Origin: Flavobacteriales bacterium
GTDB lineage: Bacteria; Bacteroidota; Bacteroidia; Flavobacteriales_D; Crocinitomicaceae
Direction: 5' to 3'
Length of the DNA: 53,201 nt
Assembly: GCA_003331365.1 (NCBI GenBank)
Contig: QOQC01000001.1
Location: forward strand, 1-53,201
Shown here: positions 20,263 to 29,347 of the stretch, in pieces
Layout: each line of letters begins with the position of its first letter
Position numbering within the stretch: position 1 is the first letter of the stretch
Position numbers and translations under genes: made by a program
Notes under the pieces: model-generated
What the model saw: only the letters and a program-made list of their open reading frames with translations
The model's database searches: none
What the model was told of the DNA's origin: nothing

Positions 20263-20676
20263 ATGTACCCACCAGAATTAGTACAGCCAATGAAAGAAGA
20301 TCTAACTTCTGTTGGCTTTAAAGAACTAGGCAAATCTGAAGATGTTGATGCTGCCATACAAAATACATCAGGAACACTACTTGTTGTAGTTAATTCCGTT
20401 TGCGGATGTGCCGCAGGGAATATGCGCCCAGGTGTTAAGCTTTCGGTTGAGGGAGGCAAAAGTCCTGATGCCTTAACTACTGTTTTTGCTGGTGTGGATA
20501 CCGAGGCTGTTGCTCAGGCTAGAAAATACTTTTTGCCCTACCCGCCATCATCACCTTCTGTGGCTTTGTTTAAAGATGGAAAACTCGTTCATTTTTTAGA
20601 GCGCCATCATATTGAAGGAGGTTCTGCCGAGATGATATCAAACAATTTGAAAGCTGCATACGCTGAGTTTTGCTAA
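20263..20676 (+). CDS. BrxA/BrxB-family bacilliredoxin (YphP/YqiW-type thioredoxin fold)
   Basis: MYPPELVQPMKEDLT...VVVNSVCGCAAGNMRPG has the CGC active site, and ALFKDGKLVHF also fits. I prefer the ATG at 20263 over the ORF-track TTG at 20221. Confidence 0.85.
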   Translation: MYPPELVQPMKEDLTSVGFKELGKSEDVDAAIQNTSGTLLVVVNSVCGCAAGNMRPGVKLSVEGGKSPDALTTVFAGVDTEAVAQARKYFLPYPPSSPSVALFKDGKLVHFLERHHIEGGSAEMISNNLKAAYAEFC

Positions 20677-21026
20677 AAGCTACTTTCTTTTATTTAAAAA
20701 CATGTGATACCTGTAGGCGTATTCTCAAGGAATTGAGCGTGCCTGATGGGCTTGTTCTTCGCGAAATAAAAACTTCTCCAGTTACTCCAACTGAATTGGA
20801 GAACATTAAGGATCATTTTGCGAGCTATGAGGAGCTCTTTAATAAACGTGCAGTAAAATTCAGATCTATTGATTCATCCTCTTTTAAAGATGTAGATTAT
20901 AAAAAATTACTCCTGAGCGATTATACCTTTTTGAAACGGCCCGTTTTGCTTATGGAGGATAAGGCATTTGCAGGAAATTCAAAGGCGACTGTATTACAGA
21001 TGATGCTTGCTTTGAAACAGAAATAA
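20670..21026 (+). CDS. ArsC/Spx/MgsR-family (glutaredoxin-like) protein with an N-terminal CxxC
   Basis: 118 aa. FFYLKTCDTCRR near the N-terminus and LLKRPVL near the C-terminus. The only in-frame start is TTG at 20670, which overlaps the bacilliredoxin stop by 7 nt. Confidence 0.65.
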   Translation: MLKATFFYLKTCDTCRRILKELSVPDGLVLREIKTSPVTPTELENIKDHFASYEELFNKRAVKFRSIDSSSFKDVDYKKLLLSDYTFLKRPVLLMEDKAFAGNSKATVLQMMLALKQK

Positions 21027-21033
21027 ATCCAAA

Positions 21034-22503
21034 ATGACCTGGAAAAAAGATAGACGTGATGTTGTGAAATTACTTTTAGCAGGCGGATTAAGTCTCTATA
21101 TACCTGCATGTCAATCTTCAAATAGAAAAAAAGAAGCGGAGGGTAAAGCACCAAGAAAAAAAGATTCGGGCTCAGAAATCGAGGAAGCTTTGCACTCCAA
21201 TAATGTTACCTTCCTACAGAAAGCAGATGAACAATTTAATGAGCTCAATCAAGGTTTTAATCTCGCCGTAGGTAAAATACCTGCATTAATTGCCCTTTGC
21301 GCGAATACAGAAGGTGTTGCAGAGGCGATTGGGTTTGCAAGGAAACAGGGCTTAAAAGTTGCCGTTAAAAGTGGGGGTCATAGCTTTGAAAATTTCTCCT
21401 CTATAAATGATGGTATGCAGATCAATCTTTCGCTTATGAATGAAGTGAGGTGGATAGATGAAAAAACGGTAAAGATTCAGCCTTCATGTACACTAAGAGA
21501 AATGTATGATGCCATTCTGCCAAAAGGTCGCATGATACCAGCAGGTTCTTGTGGAGGAGTCGGGGTTGGAGGAATTACATTAGGTGGAGGGTATGGTTTT
21601 TTTGCACGGAAATTTGGCTTGACCTGTGATCTGGTTAGTGAGGCTACTTTTGTTGACGGAAATGGAAAAACTCACCATGTAAAAAAAGGAGACGACTTAA
21701 TGTGGGCATTAAAAGGTGGTGGTAATGGGAATTTTGGTGTGGTTACCGATTTTACCTTTAAAACGTTTCCTGCACCCGACTCATTTACCCGTCATCGATT
21801 CAAGGCATACAAACTCGACAAGATTCGGACAAAAGAATTGCTTCAGACTTATTTTAAATATTCTAAAAATTTACCTGAATCTTGTTTTGCGGCATTTGTC
21901 CTAAACTACAAAACACTGGTGCTTCTCATTACCAATTATGGACCAAGAAATGAGGCACTCGACGACATGATTGATACCTTTTCTGCGCTTTGCGATGATG
22001 CCTCAATTGGCGAACCAAAAAACCTAGCTGTTTCACTCAAAAACTATTATGGTATAGAGTATCCTATCTACTTTAAAAATGCATCTGCTGGGTATTATGA
22101 AAACTATGAAACCATTGCCTCAAGTATCGATCAGGTATTGGATATCGTTTTTAGAAAAAGAGGGCTCATTTATCAGATAAATACACTTGGGGGAAATATA
22201 AACAATCCTGAATTTGAGAAGGAGTCATGCTATCCACACAGATCCTCCCCCTATTTATCAGAATTGCAATATTATTGGGATGAGAAAAAGGACCCCACAG
22301 CATTACTGAAGTCCTTTGATGAAATCCAAAACATACTTTACGAAAACGGTATTAGAAAGCAATACAGGAATTATCCAAGCTTAGGTTTTAAAGATTGGGA
22401 AAAGGCTTATTTTGGAGATGGCAACGAAAGACTCCAACAAATAAAAAGAAAATATGACCCTGAAAATATTTTTGAACACGAGCAAAGTGTTAGATTGGGT
22501 TAG
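21034..22503 (+). CDS. FAD-linked oxidase of the BBE/VAO family with a TAT-type lipoprotein signal
   Basis: RRDVVKLLLAGGLSLYIPAC (twin-Arg plus lipobox). VKSGGHSF (His flavinylation motif). AGSCGGVGVGGITLGGGYGF (Cys flavinylation/FAD motif). The C-terminal BBE domain is YRNYP...YFGDGNERLQQIKRKYDPENIF. Confidence 0.85.
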   Translation: MTWKKDRRDVVKLLLAGGLSLYIPACQSSNRKKEAEGKAPRKKDSGSEIEEALHSNNVTFLQKADEQFNELNQGFNLAVGKIPALIALCANTEGVAEAIGFARKQGLKVAVKSGGHSFENFSSINDGMQINLSLMNEVRWIDEKTVKIQPSCTLREMYDAILPKGRMIPAGSCGGVGVGGITLGGGYGFFARKFGLTCDLVSEATFVDGNGKTHHVKKGDDLMWALKGGGNGNFGVVTDFTFKTFPAPDSFTRHRFKAYKLDKIRTKELLQTYFKYSKNLPESCFAAFVLNYKTLVLLITNYGPRNEALDDMIDTFSALCDDASIGEPKNLAVSLKNYYGIEYPIYFKNASAGYYENYETIASSIDQVLDIVFRKRGLIYQINTLGGNINNPEFEKESCYPHRSSPYLSELQYYWDEKKDPTALLKSFDEIQNILYENGIRKQYRNYPSLGFKDWEKAYFGDGNERLQQIKRKYDPENIFEHEQSVRLG

Positions 22504-22526
22504 ACGAAAAATAAACTTTAACATCC

Positions 22527-22545
22527 AAAGCCCTCAGGTGGCTTT
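22527..22545. terminator. Weak hairpin between convergent genes
   Basis: Stems aaagcc and ggcttt flank a 7-nt loop. It overlaps the stop of the GH13 gene. The flanking T-run is short, so support is modest. Confidence 0.35.
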
Positions 22546-24412
22546 ACCTCAATTCTAAAACATATGAAGTCTTGCCTTTGACTTCGAATGTTTTTGATAA
22601 ATCTATATCATAGGATTCGTGATTTAAAACATCATAAGCCAATTTACGATTGGAAATGTTTTGTTTAAATCGAGATAAATTCAGGGTTCGGTTTTCTGGA
22701 GAATTATTGATGATTACCATTACTGTCTCCTCACTATCAAACCGAAAATAAACATATACATTTTGTTTTGGTACGTAGTGCATCATTTTTCCCTGGTGAA
22801 TCACTTTTTTGTTTTTTCTCCAATTCAACAAGTTTTTTGAGAATTCAAAATAACTGTTTTCTCTTTCTGTCCTTTGCTCTGAATCAAATGCATTGTGTTT
22901 GTCCTCTTTCCATCCTCCGGGAAAATCTCTACGAATATCGCCGTCACCATAATTCCTCTTCCCCTGCATGCCAATTTCACTGCCGTAATAGATTTGAGGT
23001 ACCCCTCTCGTAGTTGATATTAGGGTCATGGCTAATTTATAATCCTCAATATTCGGAAATTTTTCATTAAATCTTTCCGTATCGTGGTTTTCGAAAAAAA
23101 CACATAAGTTTCTGGGATTGGTAAATAAATAGTCGTTGATAAAGTTCTCATATACTCGCAGCATACCTTTGTTCCAGCTTTGCTCTGGCTCCTCAAAACA
23201 CTTTGACATGCCATCCATTAATGTGAAATCCATCAAATAAGGCAATCCCGAGTTGTAATCTTGGATTGCCGCTACAGGGCTTTCCCTTTGCCAAAATGCA
23301 ATTTGTGCTTGGTCCAACATCCAAACCTCTCCTACAATGGAAAAATTTGGATATTCATTCATCATAGCATGAGTCCATTTTGAAATACCCTCCTTAGAAT
23401 TGAAAGAATAGGTATCCACTCTGATTCCATCTAAATCAGCTGTCTCAACCCACCAAATGGAATTTTGTATGAGGTAATTCAAAACCAATGGATTGTCTTG
23501 GTTTAAATCAGGCATGGTTTTTACAAACCAGCCGTCTGTGCACTCTTTATAATCAATTTCAGACCTGTAGGGGTCCATGTGGGTCGTCATTCTAAAATTG
23601 GATTGGGTAAACTCTGGAAATTGATGAAACCAATCTTTTGTAGGAGTATCAAACATCATCCAGTGCATATAGCCCCAGTGATTTGTAACCACATCTTGAA
23701 TGATTTTTATTCCTTTTTCGTGTGCATGTTTTACCAAATTTACATAGTCTTGATTTGACCCAAACCTGGGGTCAATTTTATATACATCGCTTTGAGCGTA
23801 TGTGTGATAAGAGTACGTACTGTCATTATCCTCCATCAGTGGAGTTGTCCAAATTGCAGTTGCTCCCAGTTCATGAATGTAATCTAAGTGATTGATAATG
23901 CCTTCAACATCTCCGCCATGGCGTCCTCCAGGATTGCCTCGATCCATTTTTTCATAAACACTATCATCAGAATCATTATCTGGATTTCCATTTGAAAATC
24001 GATCCGGCATAATTAAATAAATAACATCAGATTGATCAAATCCTTTCCGGAGTTTTGACTCTTCTCTTCTCTCCTTTAATTCAAAATCATATGAAAGCTT
24101 TTTTTTGCTTTTTTTTGCTGAGGATTGAAATACCAACTTATAGAATCCAGGATTTTTGTTTTCCGTATCGACAGTTACAAAGAGAAAATTTGGGTTCTCT
24201 GTTTTCCTTATTTTTAATATGTTCAATCCCTCACAAGTAACTTCGTATTCTCCAATTTTTTCTCTATGAAAGAGGATTTCAACCTCAGAGTGCTCCATGC
24301 CAGACCACCAATTAGATGGCTCGACATGATTAAAAATTTGCATTTGTGAATTTGAATATTGAGCAATAGTCAAAACAAAAATAAATAAGAAGATATTTAA
24401 AGAACATTTCAT
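22544..24412 (-). CDS. GH13 alpha-amylase-family enzyme (cyclomaltodextrinase/neopullulanase, SusA-like)
   Basis: 622 aa with a signal peptide. GH13 regions DVVTNHWG, GIRVDTY, GEVW and FFENHD. It has N- and C-terminal cyclomaltodextrinase-like beta domains. Confidence 0.9.
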   Translation of the reverse strand: MKCSLNIFLFIFVLTIAQYSNSQMQIFNHVEPSNWWSGMEHSEVEILFHREKIGEYEVTCEGLNILKIRKTENPNFLFVTVDTENKNPGFYKLVFQSSAKKSKKKLSYDFELKERREESKLRKGFDQSDVIYLIMPDRFSNGNPDNDSDDSVYEKMDRGNPGGRHGGDVEGIINHLDYIHELGATAIWTTPLMEDNDSTYSYHTYAQSDVYKIDPRFGSNQDYVNLVKHAHEKGIKIIQDVVTNHWGYMHWMMFDTPTKDWFHQFPEFTQSNFRMTTHMDPYRSEIDYKECTDGWFVKTMPDLNQDNPLVLNYLIQNSIWWVETADLDGIRVDTYSFNSKEGISKWTHAMMNEYPNFSIVGEVWMLDQAQIAFWQRESPVAAIQDYNSGLPYLMDFTLMDGMSKCFEEPEQSWNKGMLRVYENFINDYLFTNPRNLCVFFENHDTERFNEKFPNIEDYKLAMTLISTTRGVPQIYYGSEIGMQGKRNYGDGDIRRDFPGGWKEDKHNAFDSEQRTERENSYFEFSKNLLNWRKNKKVIHQGKMMHYVPKQNVYVYFRFDSEETVMVIINNSPENRTLNLSRFKQNISNRKLAYDVLNHESYDIDLSKTFEVKGKTSYVLELR

Positions 24413-25815
24413 TTCACGTATTTTTTAACAAAACCATTACTATATACAATTAGGTATATTCCGTGAAAAGAATCAATCTCATTAATTGTCTTTCCATTAA
24501 GGTCAATAACACTTATTATTGTCGATTCAGGTAATAATTCCTCTAACCCAATATTACAAGGGGGCTCTAACGATAAGTAATCTTCAACCTGAAAACTTGC
24601 CGTCGCATTTCTTGTAGTAATATAGTCGTTCAACGAATAAGAGACATGGGCCCCAAAAGCATCTTCTATAGCATTTAAAAAATCAAGATCAGAAAACCCA
24701 TAATCGAGCTCCTTATAATCGTCAGCGAGGGCGGCATCAGAAATCATTGATTGAGTATTGATTAGTTGGCCTATTAGGTCAGTGGGGTTAAAATGATTCT
24801 GAATCAACTGGTGCATGTACATGTTGAAGCGATCCCGAAAATAAGGAACATTCATAATCCTTTGGTAAAGAGGCCTTTCATTCTCCCCCCAGAAATATAT
24901 GTTCTTATTTGCCCAATCCTCATCAAACCAATCTATACCAAAGGTGTTGTCCATGTCATATTGAATAAAAACAAACTTTCCATCAGAGGGTCTTTGATAC
25001 AAATAGAAATTATTTTTATTCACTGCATGACCATCCCAATGACCGATTAAGATTTCCAAAGCTAAAGTCTTGAGATAGATTTCCACGTCAAAAACATTCC
25101 AAATAGCACACGGAAAATCCTCATCCGATGAGTTATTGATGACTTCAATCAATGAAATTAACCCGGTGTAATCGTTTTCTGTTTTATTGGTTTTTAATTC
25201 ATAGATATCCGCGTATGCTTGCTGATTGTTTCCCAAATAATTGAAGTCTGCACCCCAGAAACACTTGTAAAGATTCCCTTCGTCGTCGTCGATAAACCTT
25301 CGCTGAAGGAATTCATCGTCAATATGTTCAACATTAATGTAAAGACCCTTATACTCTTCGTTGATAAAAAGTTTTACATAACTGGTTCTAGAGCAAGGCA
25401 AGTCAGCCGAGGCCAGAATTTGGTTTGAAAGCCGGGATCTCATAATAGAGACATCATTGTGCTCTCCATTCAAGTTCATTTTTTCTAGTCCGTTCCATTT
25501 TTGCCCTTGGACAAAGGCATTAAAGGCCACTTTAAAAGACTTTTTCTCGGCATTCCTAGAGGTATTGCCCCTCAAACGAAATCCCACATTAGGAATTGTT
25601 TCTGTAAAGCTAGAGGAAATATATGTGAAACTTGCTGGATATTCATAATCAGAATAAAGACTATCTGTCAAAATAGTCTCCATATATTCGGGATTGATCT
25701 CTATTGAAATGCTAGCAACCTCATCTTGAAGAAAAGCATCATTATTAGATGGGTGTACCATTTGTGAAAAAACGCCCTTAACGAGAAGCATAAAAAGAAA
25801 AAGAACTCTATACAT
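24409..25815 (-). CDS. CotH-family atypical protein kinase, secreted
   Basis: 468 aa with a signal peptide. LNGEHNDVSIMRSRLS, INEEYKGLYINVEHIDDEFL, GNLYKC, HWDGHAVNKNNFYLY and IQYDMDNTFG match CotH motifs. It overlaps the downstream GH13 by 4 nt and the upstream GH13 by 1 nt. Confidence 0.85.
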   Translation of the reverse strand: MYRVLFLFMLLVKGVFSQMVHPSNNDAFLQDEVASISIEINPEYMETILTDSLYSDYEYPASFTYISSSFTETIPNVGFRLRGNTSRNAEKKSFKVAFNAFVQGQKWNGLEKMNLNGEHNDVSIMRSRLSNQILASADLPCSRTSYVKLFINEEYKGLYINVEHIDDEFLQRRFIDDDEGNLYKCFWGADFNYLGNNQQAYADIYELKTNKTENDYTGLISLIEVINNSSDEDFPCAIWNVFDVEIYLKTLALEILIGHWDGHAVNKNNFYLYQRPSDGKFVFIQYDMDNTFGIDWFDEDWANKNIYFWGENERPLYQRIMNVPYFRDRFNMYMHQLIQNHFNPTDLIGQLINTQSMISDAALADDYKELDYGFSDLDFLNAIEDAFGAHVSYSLNDYITTRNATASFQVEDYLSLEPPCNIGLEELLPESTIISVIDLNGKTINEIDSFHGIYLIVYSNGFVKKYVK

Positions 25816-28574
25816 TATTGTAAGACAACTATTTGAGAATAATTCACATCCTTTGATGTGATTTTCAAAATATAAGATCCGGGAGCAACACTTTGAACGT
25901 TTATCTTCTTTTGAATAGAACCGTCATAAGGGATAAGCTCCTCTTTACTAACGATTCGACCCTGACTATCCAATAGCTGATATTGAACTTTTTGGTATTC
26001 TAGATTAGAAATCTGGATATTGATATTCTCATCACTCGGGTTGGGAAAAACATGAATATTTCCATATCCGTTTTGAACAATTCCAAGTTCTGAAAATTCA
26101 AAATTGACAGTTCCAATATTGACATCCGTATATACCCTAAAATCACCTGGAAGAAGTTGAATCGATGCATTAACATCTTCTACATAAATACTATCTCCAG
26201 AAAAATATTCATACCACCAGCCTGTATGGTGAAATGTTGGAATTCCCGACTGATCCACAATGTTAAAGTTGGTCAAGGTAATGGAATTCATGTCGGAATG
26301 GTTGTGTCTTAATCGTTTCACCGAACCCCCTAAAGAATAATCCACATCTAAAGTTTGGAAAGTCGGATAGTTTCTTTTCAAATGGTTCAAGGCTGCATAG
26401 ACATTATACAACTCTCTCCTTTTTTCTTCTTCGAAGTATTCCCAAAGAACGGGTTTATTGCACACACGACATGGTTGATCAATAGATATATCGTATCCCA
26501 ATTCACCAAACTGCCATATCATTTTAGGTCCTGGTTGAAGCAAAAATATAGTCGCCGCCGCTCTCATTCTTCCAAGGGCAACCAGCTCATCCTGAGCATC
26601 ATGATCTGCATTTATAGAGTTTCCAAATGAAATATTTTTGAACATCATTCTTTCTTCATCATGACTCTCCATATACGTTACCAAGTGTGGTACACTCCAT
26701 GACCTATTCAAGTATACTCCATTACTCAAATTAGAGCTGTTCGGATAACCCATGCCGCCTTCTTGATAAGCGTGAGTCATATTTCCCCAAAGCATCATTC
26801 CGTATTCAGCAAGTTCTTTTTCTTCGTTATTTCCAGACCAATGCTCCAAAATTATATATGTTTCTGGATGAATAGACCATATCGTATCTGCCATTCTTTT
26901 AATGAGTGCAATTCTTTCAGAATCGTAATTGTTCGTTCCGCTTCCAAAACCCTTTGTAAAATCAAAACGAAATCCATCAATATGATACTCATCAACCCAA
27001 AATAAATTAACCCGGTCTATGTAGTCTTTTGTAGCTTGGGTTGTATGATCGATGTCATACCCCCAGCAATAGGGTTCATGAGGACAGTCTACATTAAACC
27101 ATGGACTATTTTGAGCCGGTTTTTCGGTTGAGGCATCCCAATACATTCGAAGTAATGGACTCTGACCAAATGTATGGTTCAAGACCATATCTACTATTAC
27201 TGCAATTCCTCTAGAATGACATTCGTCCACAAATTCCTTGAACTTATCAGGGGTTCCGTAGTATTTATCTAAAGCCATGTGAAAAGAGGGGTTGTACCCC
27301 CAGCTTTCATTGTTTTCAAATTCGCCTGGAGGCATTAATTCAATCGCATTAATACCCAGGTTTTCAAGATAATTCAATGTATCTATCAATACCTGATAAT
27401 TACGATCGTGCGTGAAGTCCCGAACGAGAAGCTCATAAATAATAAGGTCTTTATTTTCGGGCTTTTCAAACCCATCATTTATCCAATCATATTCACTACC
27501 ACCTGGCGTAACCAAAGATATAAATCCACTCGTCAAGCCTTCTGGATACGGGTGTAAATTTGGAAATGTAGCTTCAGGGATGTTCCCGTCGTTATACGGG
27601 TCTAGAATCAATTCACTTAAGGGATCTGCAAGTTTGAGTTCACCATCAATATAGTATTGATATCCATAAGTTTGTCCTGGGTTCAATCCAGACACCTCTA
27701 TCCACCAAGTAGCATAATCGGTTCCTCTATTCATATGATAATCACTTGATAAATTCCAATTATTAAAGTCGCCAATAAGGTATATGTGCTCTTTATCTGG
27801 ACCATATAGTTTAAAAAGAATGGTTGAATCATTTAAATAATTAGCTCCCAATTTTGTAATAGGAGGATCTAATGTCGTTACCTCTGGATTGATCATAATA
27901 CTGATGGTATCATAGGCAAACTCTCCATTGGCCTCTGCAATGGATACAATTTCATGTATTCCTGAAGAAACACTACTGAAATCAAAAAACACTTCGGTAA
28001 CATCTGACTGAGAATCAATCTCTGTTCCGTTGTCGTATAGTAAGATATTACTGGTAATATTAGACTCTACATTTAAAACAAATGTCTCACCAATTTCAAA
28101 CAAGTCTAAATTTTGTGGATTGAAAATAGCACAAACCAATGGGCCATTAACCGGATATATATCATAGTAAATATCACTTCCATCCGAGTCTCTACCGACT
28201 ACACTACAATCAGCATTTCTAAAAACAAAAGCAAGCTGATAAACTTCTGTTCCCGGTGAATAACCATAAAACGTTGGAATATCAATGGTAATTTCAAATA
28301 AATTATTCCCGAGATTGTTCATTAAGACACTTGCATCGGTGGTCCCCCAATTTCCTTGAACAAATTGCCAGCTCGTTGGTGAAGTGCTGGCTTGGGTAAT
28401 AAGCCCCGTATGGCAATACACTTCTGTTTGACCCATCAAAGCACCATTACCTAGAGTTGCATCATATATAATAGATACTTGATCCTCTTGAGTAGGAAAC
28501 GAGGGGCTCAGATTCAAAATCTGAGAATTACCAATAATTGGTAAAAAAAAGAAAAATAATACTAAACGAACCAT
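25815..28574 (-). CDS. Large GH13 alpha-amylase/pullulanase-like enzyme with N-terminal binding modules (CBM48/E-set-like) and a T9SS sorting domain
   Basis: 919 aa. YLIGDFNNW...YGYQYYIDG (E-set). GH13 regions VDMVLNHT, GFRFDFTKG, ILEHW and YMESHDE. The C-terminus is HVFPNPSDENINIQIS...GSYILKI. Confidence 0.9.
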   Translation of the reverse strand: MVRLVLFFFFLPIIGNSQILNLSPSFPTQEDQVSIIYDATLGNGALMGQTEVYCHTGLITQASTSPTSWQFVQGNWGTTDASVLMNNLGNNLFEITIDIPTFYGYSPGTEVYQLAFVFRNADCSVVGRDSDGSDIYYDIYPVNGPLVCAIFNPQNLDLFEIGETFVLNVESNITSNILLYDNGTEIDSQSDVTEVFFDFSSVSSGIHEIVSIAEANGEFAYDTISIMINPEVTTLDPPITKLGANYLNDSTILFKLYGPDKEHIYLIGDFNNWNLSSDYHMNRGTDYATWWIEVSGLNPGQTYGYQYYIDGELKLADPLSELILDPYNDGNIPEATFPNLHPYPEGLTSGFISLVTPGGSEYDWINDGFEKPENKDLIIYELLVRDFTHDRNYQVLIDTLNYLENLGINAIELMPPGEFENNESWGYNPSFHMALDKYYGTPDKFKEFVDECHSRGIAVIVDMVLNHTFGQSPLLRMYWDASTEKPAQNSPWFNVDCPHEPYCWGYDIDHTTQATKDYIDRVNLFWVDEYHIDGFRFDFTKGFGSGTNNYDSERIALIKRMADTIWSIHPETYIILEHWSGNNEEKELAEYGMMLWGNMTHAYQEGGMGYPNSSNLSNGVYLNRSWSVPHLVTYMESHDEERMMFKNISFGNSINADHDAQDELVALGRMRAAATIFLLQPGPKMIWQFGELGYDISIDQPCRVCNKPVLWEYFEEEKRRELYNVYAALNHLKRNYPTFQTLDVDYSLGGSVKRLRHNHSDMNSITLTNFNIVDQSGIPTFHHTGWWYEYFSGDSIYVEDVNASIQLLPGDFRVYTDVNIGTVNFEFSELGIVQNGYGNIHVFPNPSDENINIQISNLEYQKVQYQLLDSQGRIVSKEELIPYDGSIQKKINVQSVAPGSYILKITSKDVNYSQIVVLQ

Positions 28575-28621
28575 TAAAAAAGAAAAGGCCCAAGTTTACC
28601 CTGAGCCTTTTACAAATTAAT

Positions 28622-29347
28622 TTATTTCTTGATAAATCTTCCTGATACAGCTCCTTGGCTGTTTGATACTCTGTATAAGTATAAACCAGGATTCAAATTT
28701 TCAATATTCAAAATTGTAAGCTGATTCATAGACTTAGTCGATAGTCTTTTCCCGCTCATATCAAACAACTCAATAGTTGAAGAATATGAATTGGCGTTTT
28801 CAAAATCAACATACAATTCTTTCTGAGCTGGATTTGGGTAAACATTTAGAGTGCCCATTATCCCCTCTTCAATTCCAACATTACAAGGATCACATCTATC
28901 CCAACAAAATGTGTAGGTCATATCAGCGGTAGGTACAGTTAACACTCGATTGATGTTCCCTGAACCATCATCAATTCCACATCCTCCTTCTGCAATTGCA
29001 GAGGTGTCTATTCCTTCATTGGTTCCCCAGTCTCCGTTCACAAATTTGTAAAGTTGTTCTGATCCGGCTGCGGAAGCATCGTACATTACCTCAATTGACC
29101 ACATGCCATTGCCCATATCCATCATTGCGGAATTGGCATCAGAAGGAGTCCAATCGGCCATGGCGCCTGCAGCGACTGAAGCACCGGTAGTTCCAAAATT
29201 TCCTCCAACTCTGATTCCATTTGGGTCTAGAGCATTGCCGGCAGCAAGATAATTAGTAATATCTACCTGCAGAGTAACTGTCACCATTTGACTGAAAGCA
29301 AAGCTTCCTACAAATAAAAAAGATAGTAAAGTGTAAAATTTTCTCAT
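28622..29347 (-). CDS. Small T9SS cargo protein with a putative carbohydrate-binding beta-sandwich module
   Basis: 241 aa with a signal peptide. VTVTLQVD...IRVGGNFG...WSIEV...YKFVNGDWGTNE resembles starch/glycan-binding modules. The C-terminus is NVYPNPAQKELYVDF...GLYLYRV. Confidence 0.55.
   Translation of the reverse strand: MRKFYTLLSFLFVGSFAFSQMVTVTLQVDITNYLAAGNALDPNGIRVGGNFGTTGASVAAGAMADWTPSDANSAMMDMGNGMWSIEVMYDASAAGSEQLYKFVNGDWGTNEGIDTSAIAEGGCGIDDGSGNINRVLTVPTADMTYTFCWDRCDPCNVGIEEGIMGTLNVYPNPAQKELYVDFENANSYSSTIELFDMSGKRLSTKSMNQLTILNIENLNPGLYLYRVSNSQGAVSGRFIKK

Noticed and set aside
20190-20459. 89-aa minus-strand ORF antisense to the bacilliredoxin gene. The same applies to 42270-42572 and 43052-43348, which are antisense to the kinase/regulator, and to 12154-12846, which holds several antisense ORFs in lysS.
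   Set aside because: All are nested in the opposite strand of strongly supported genes, and none has a family signature.
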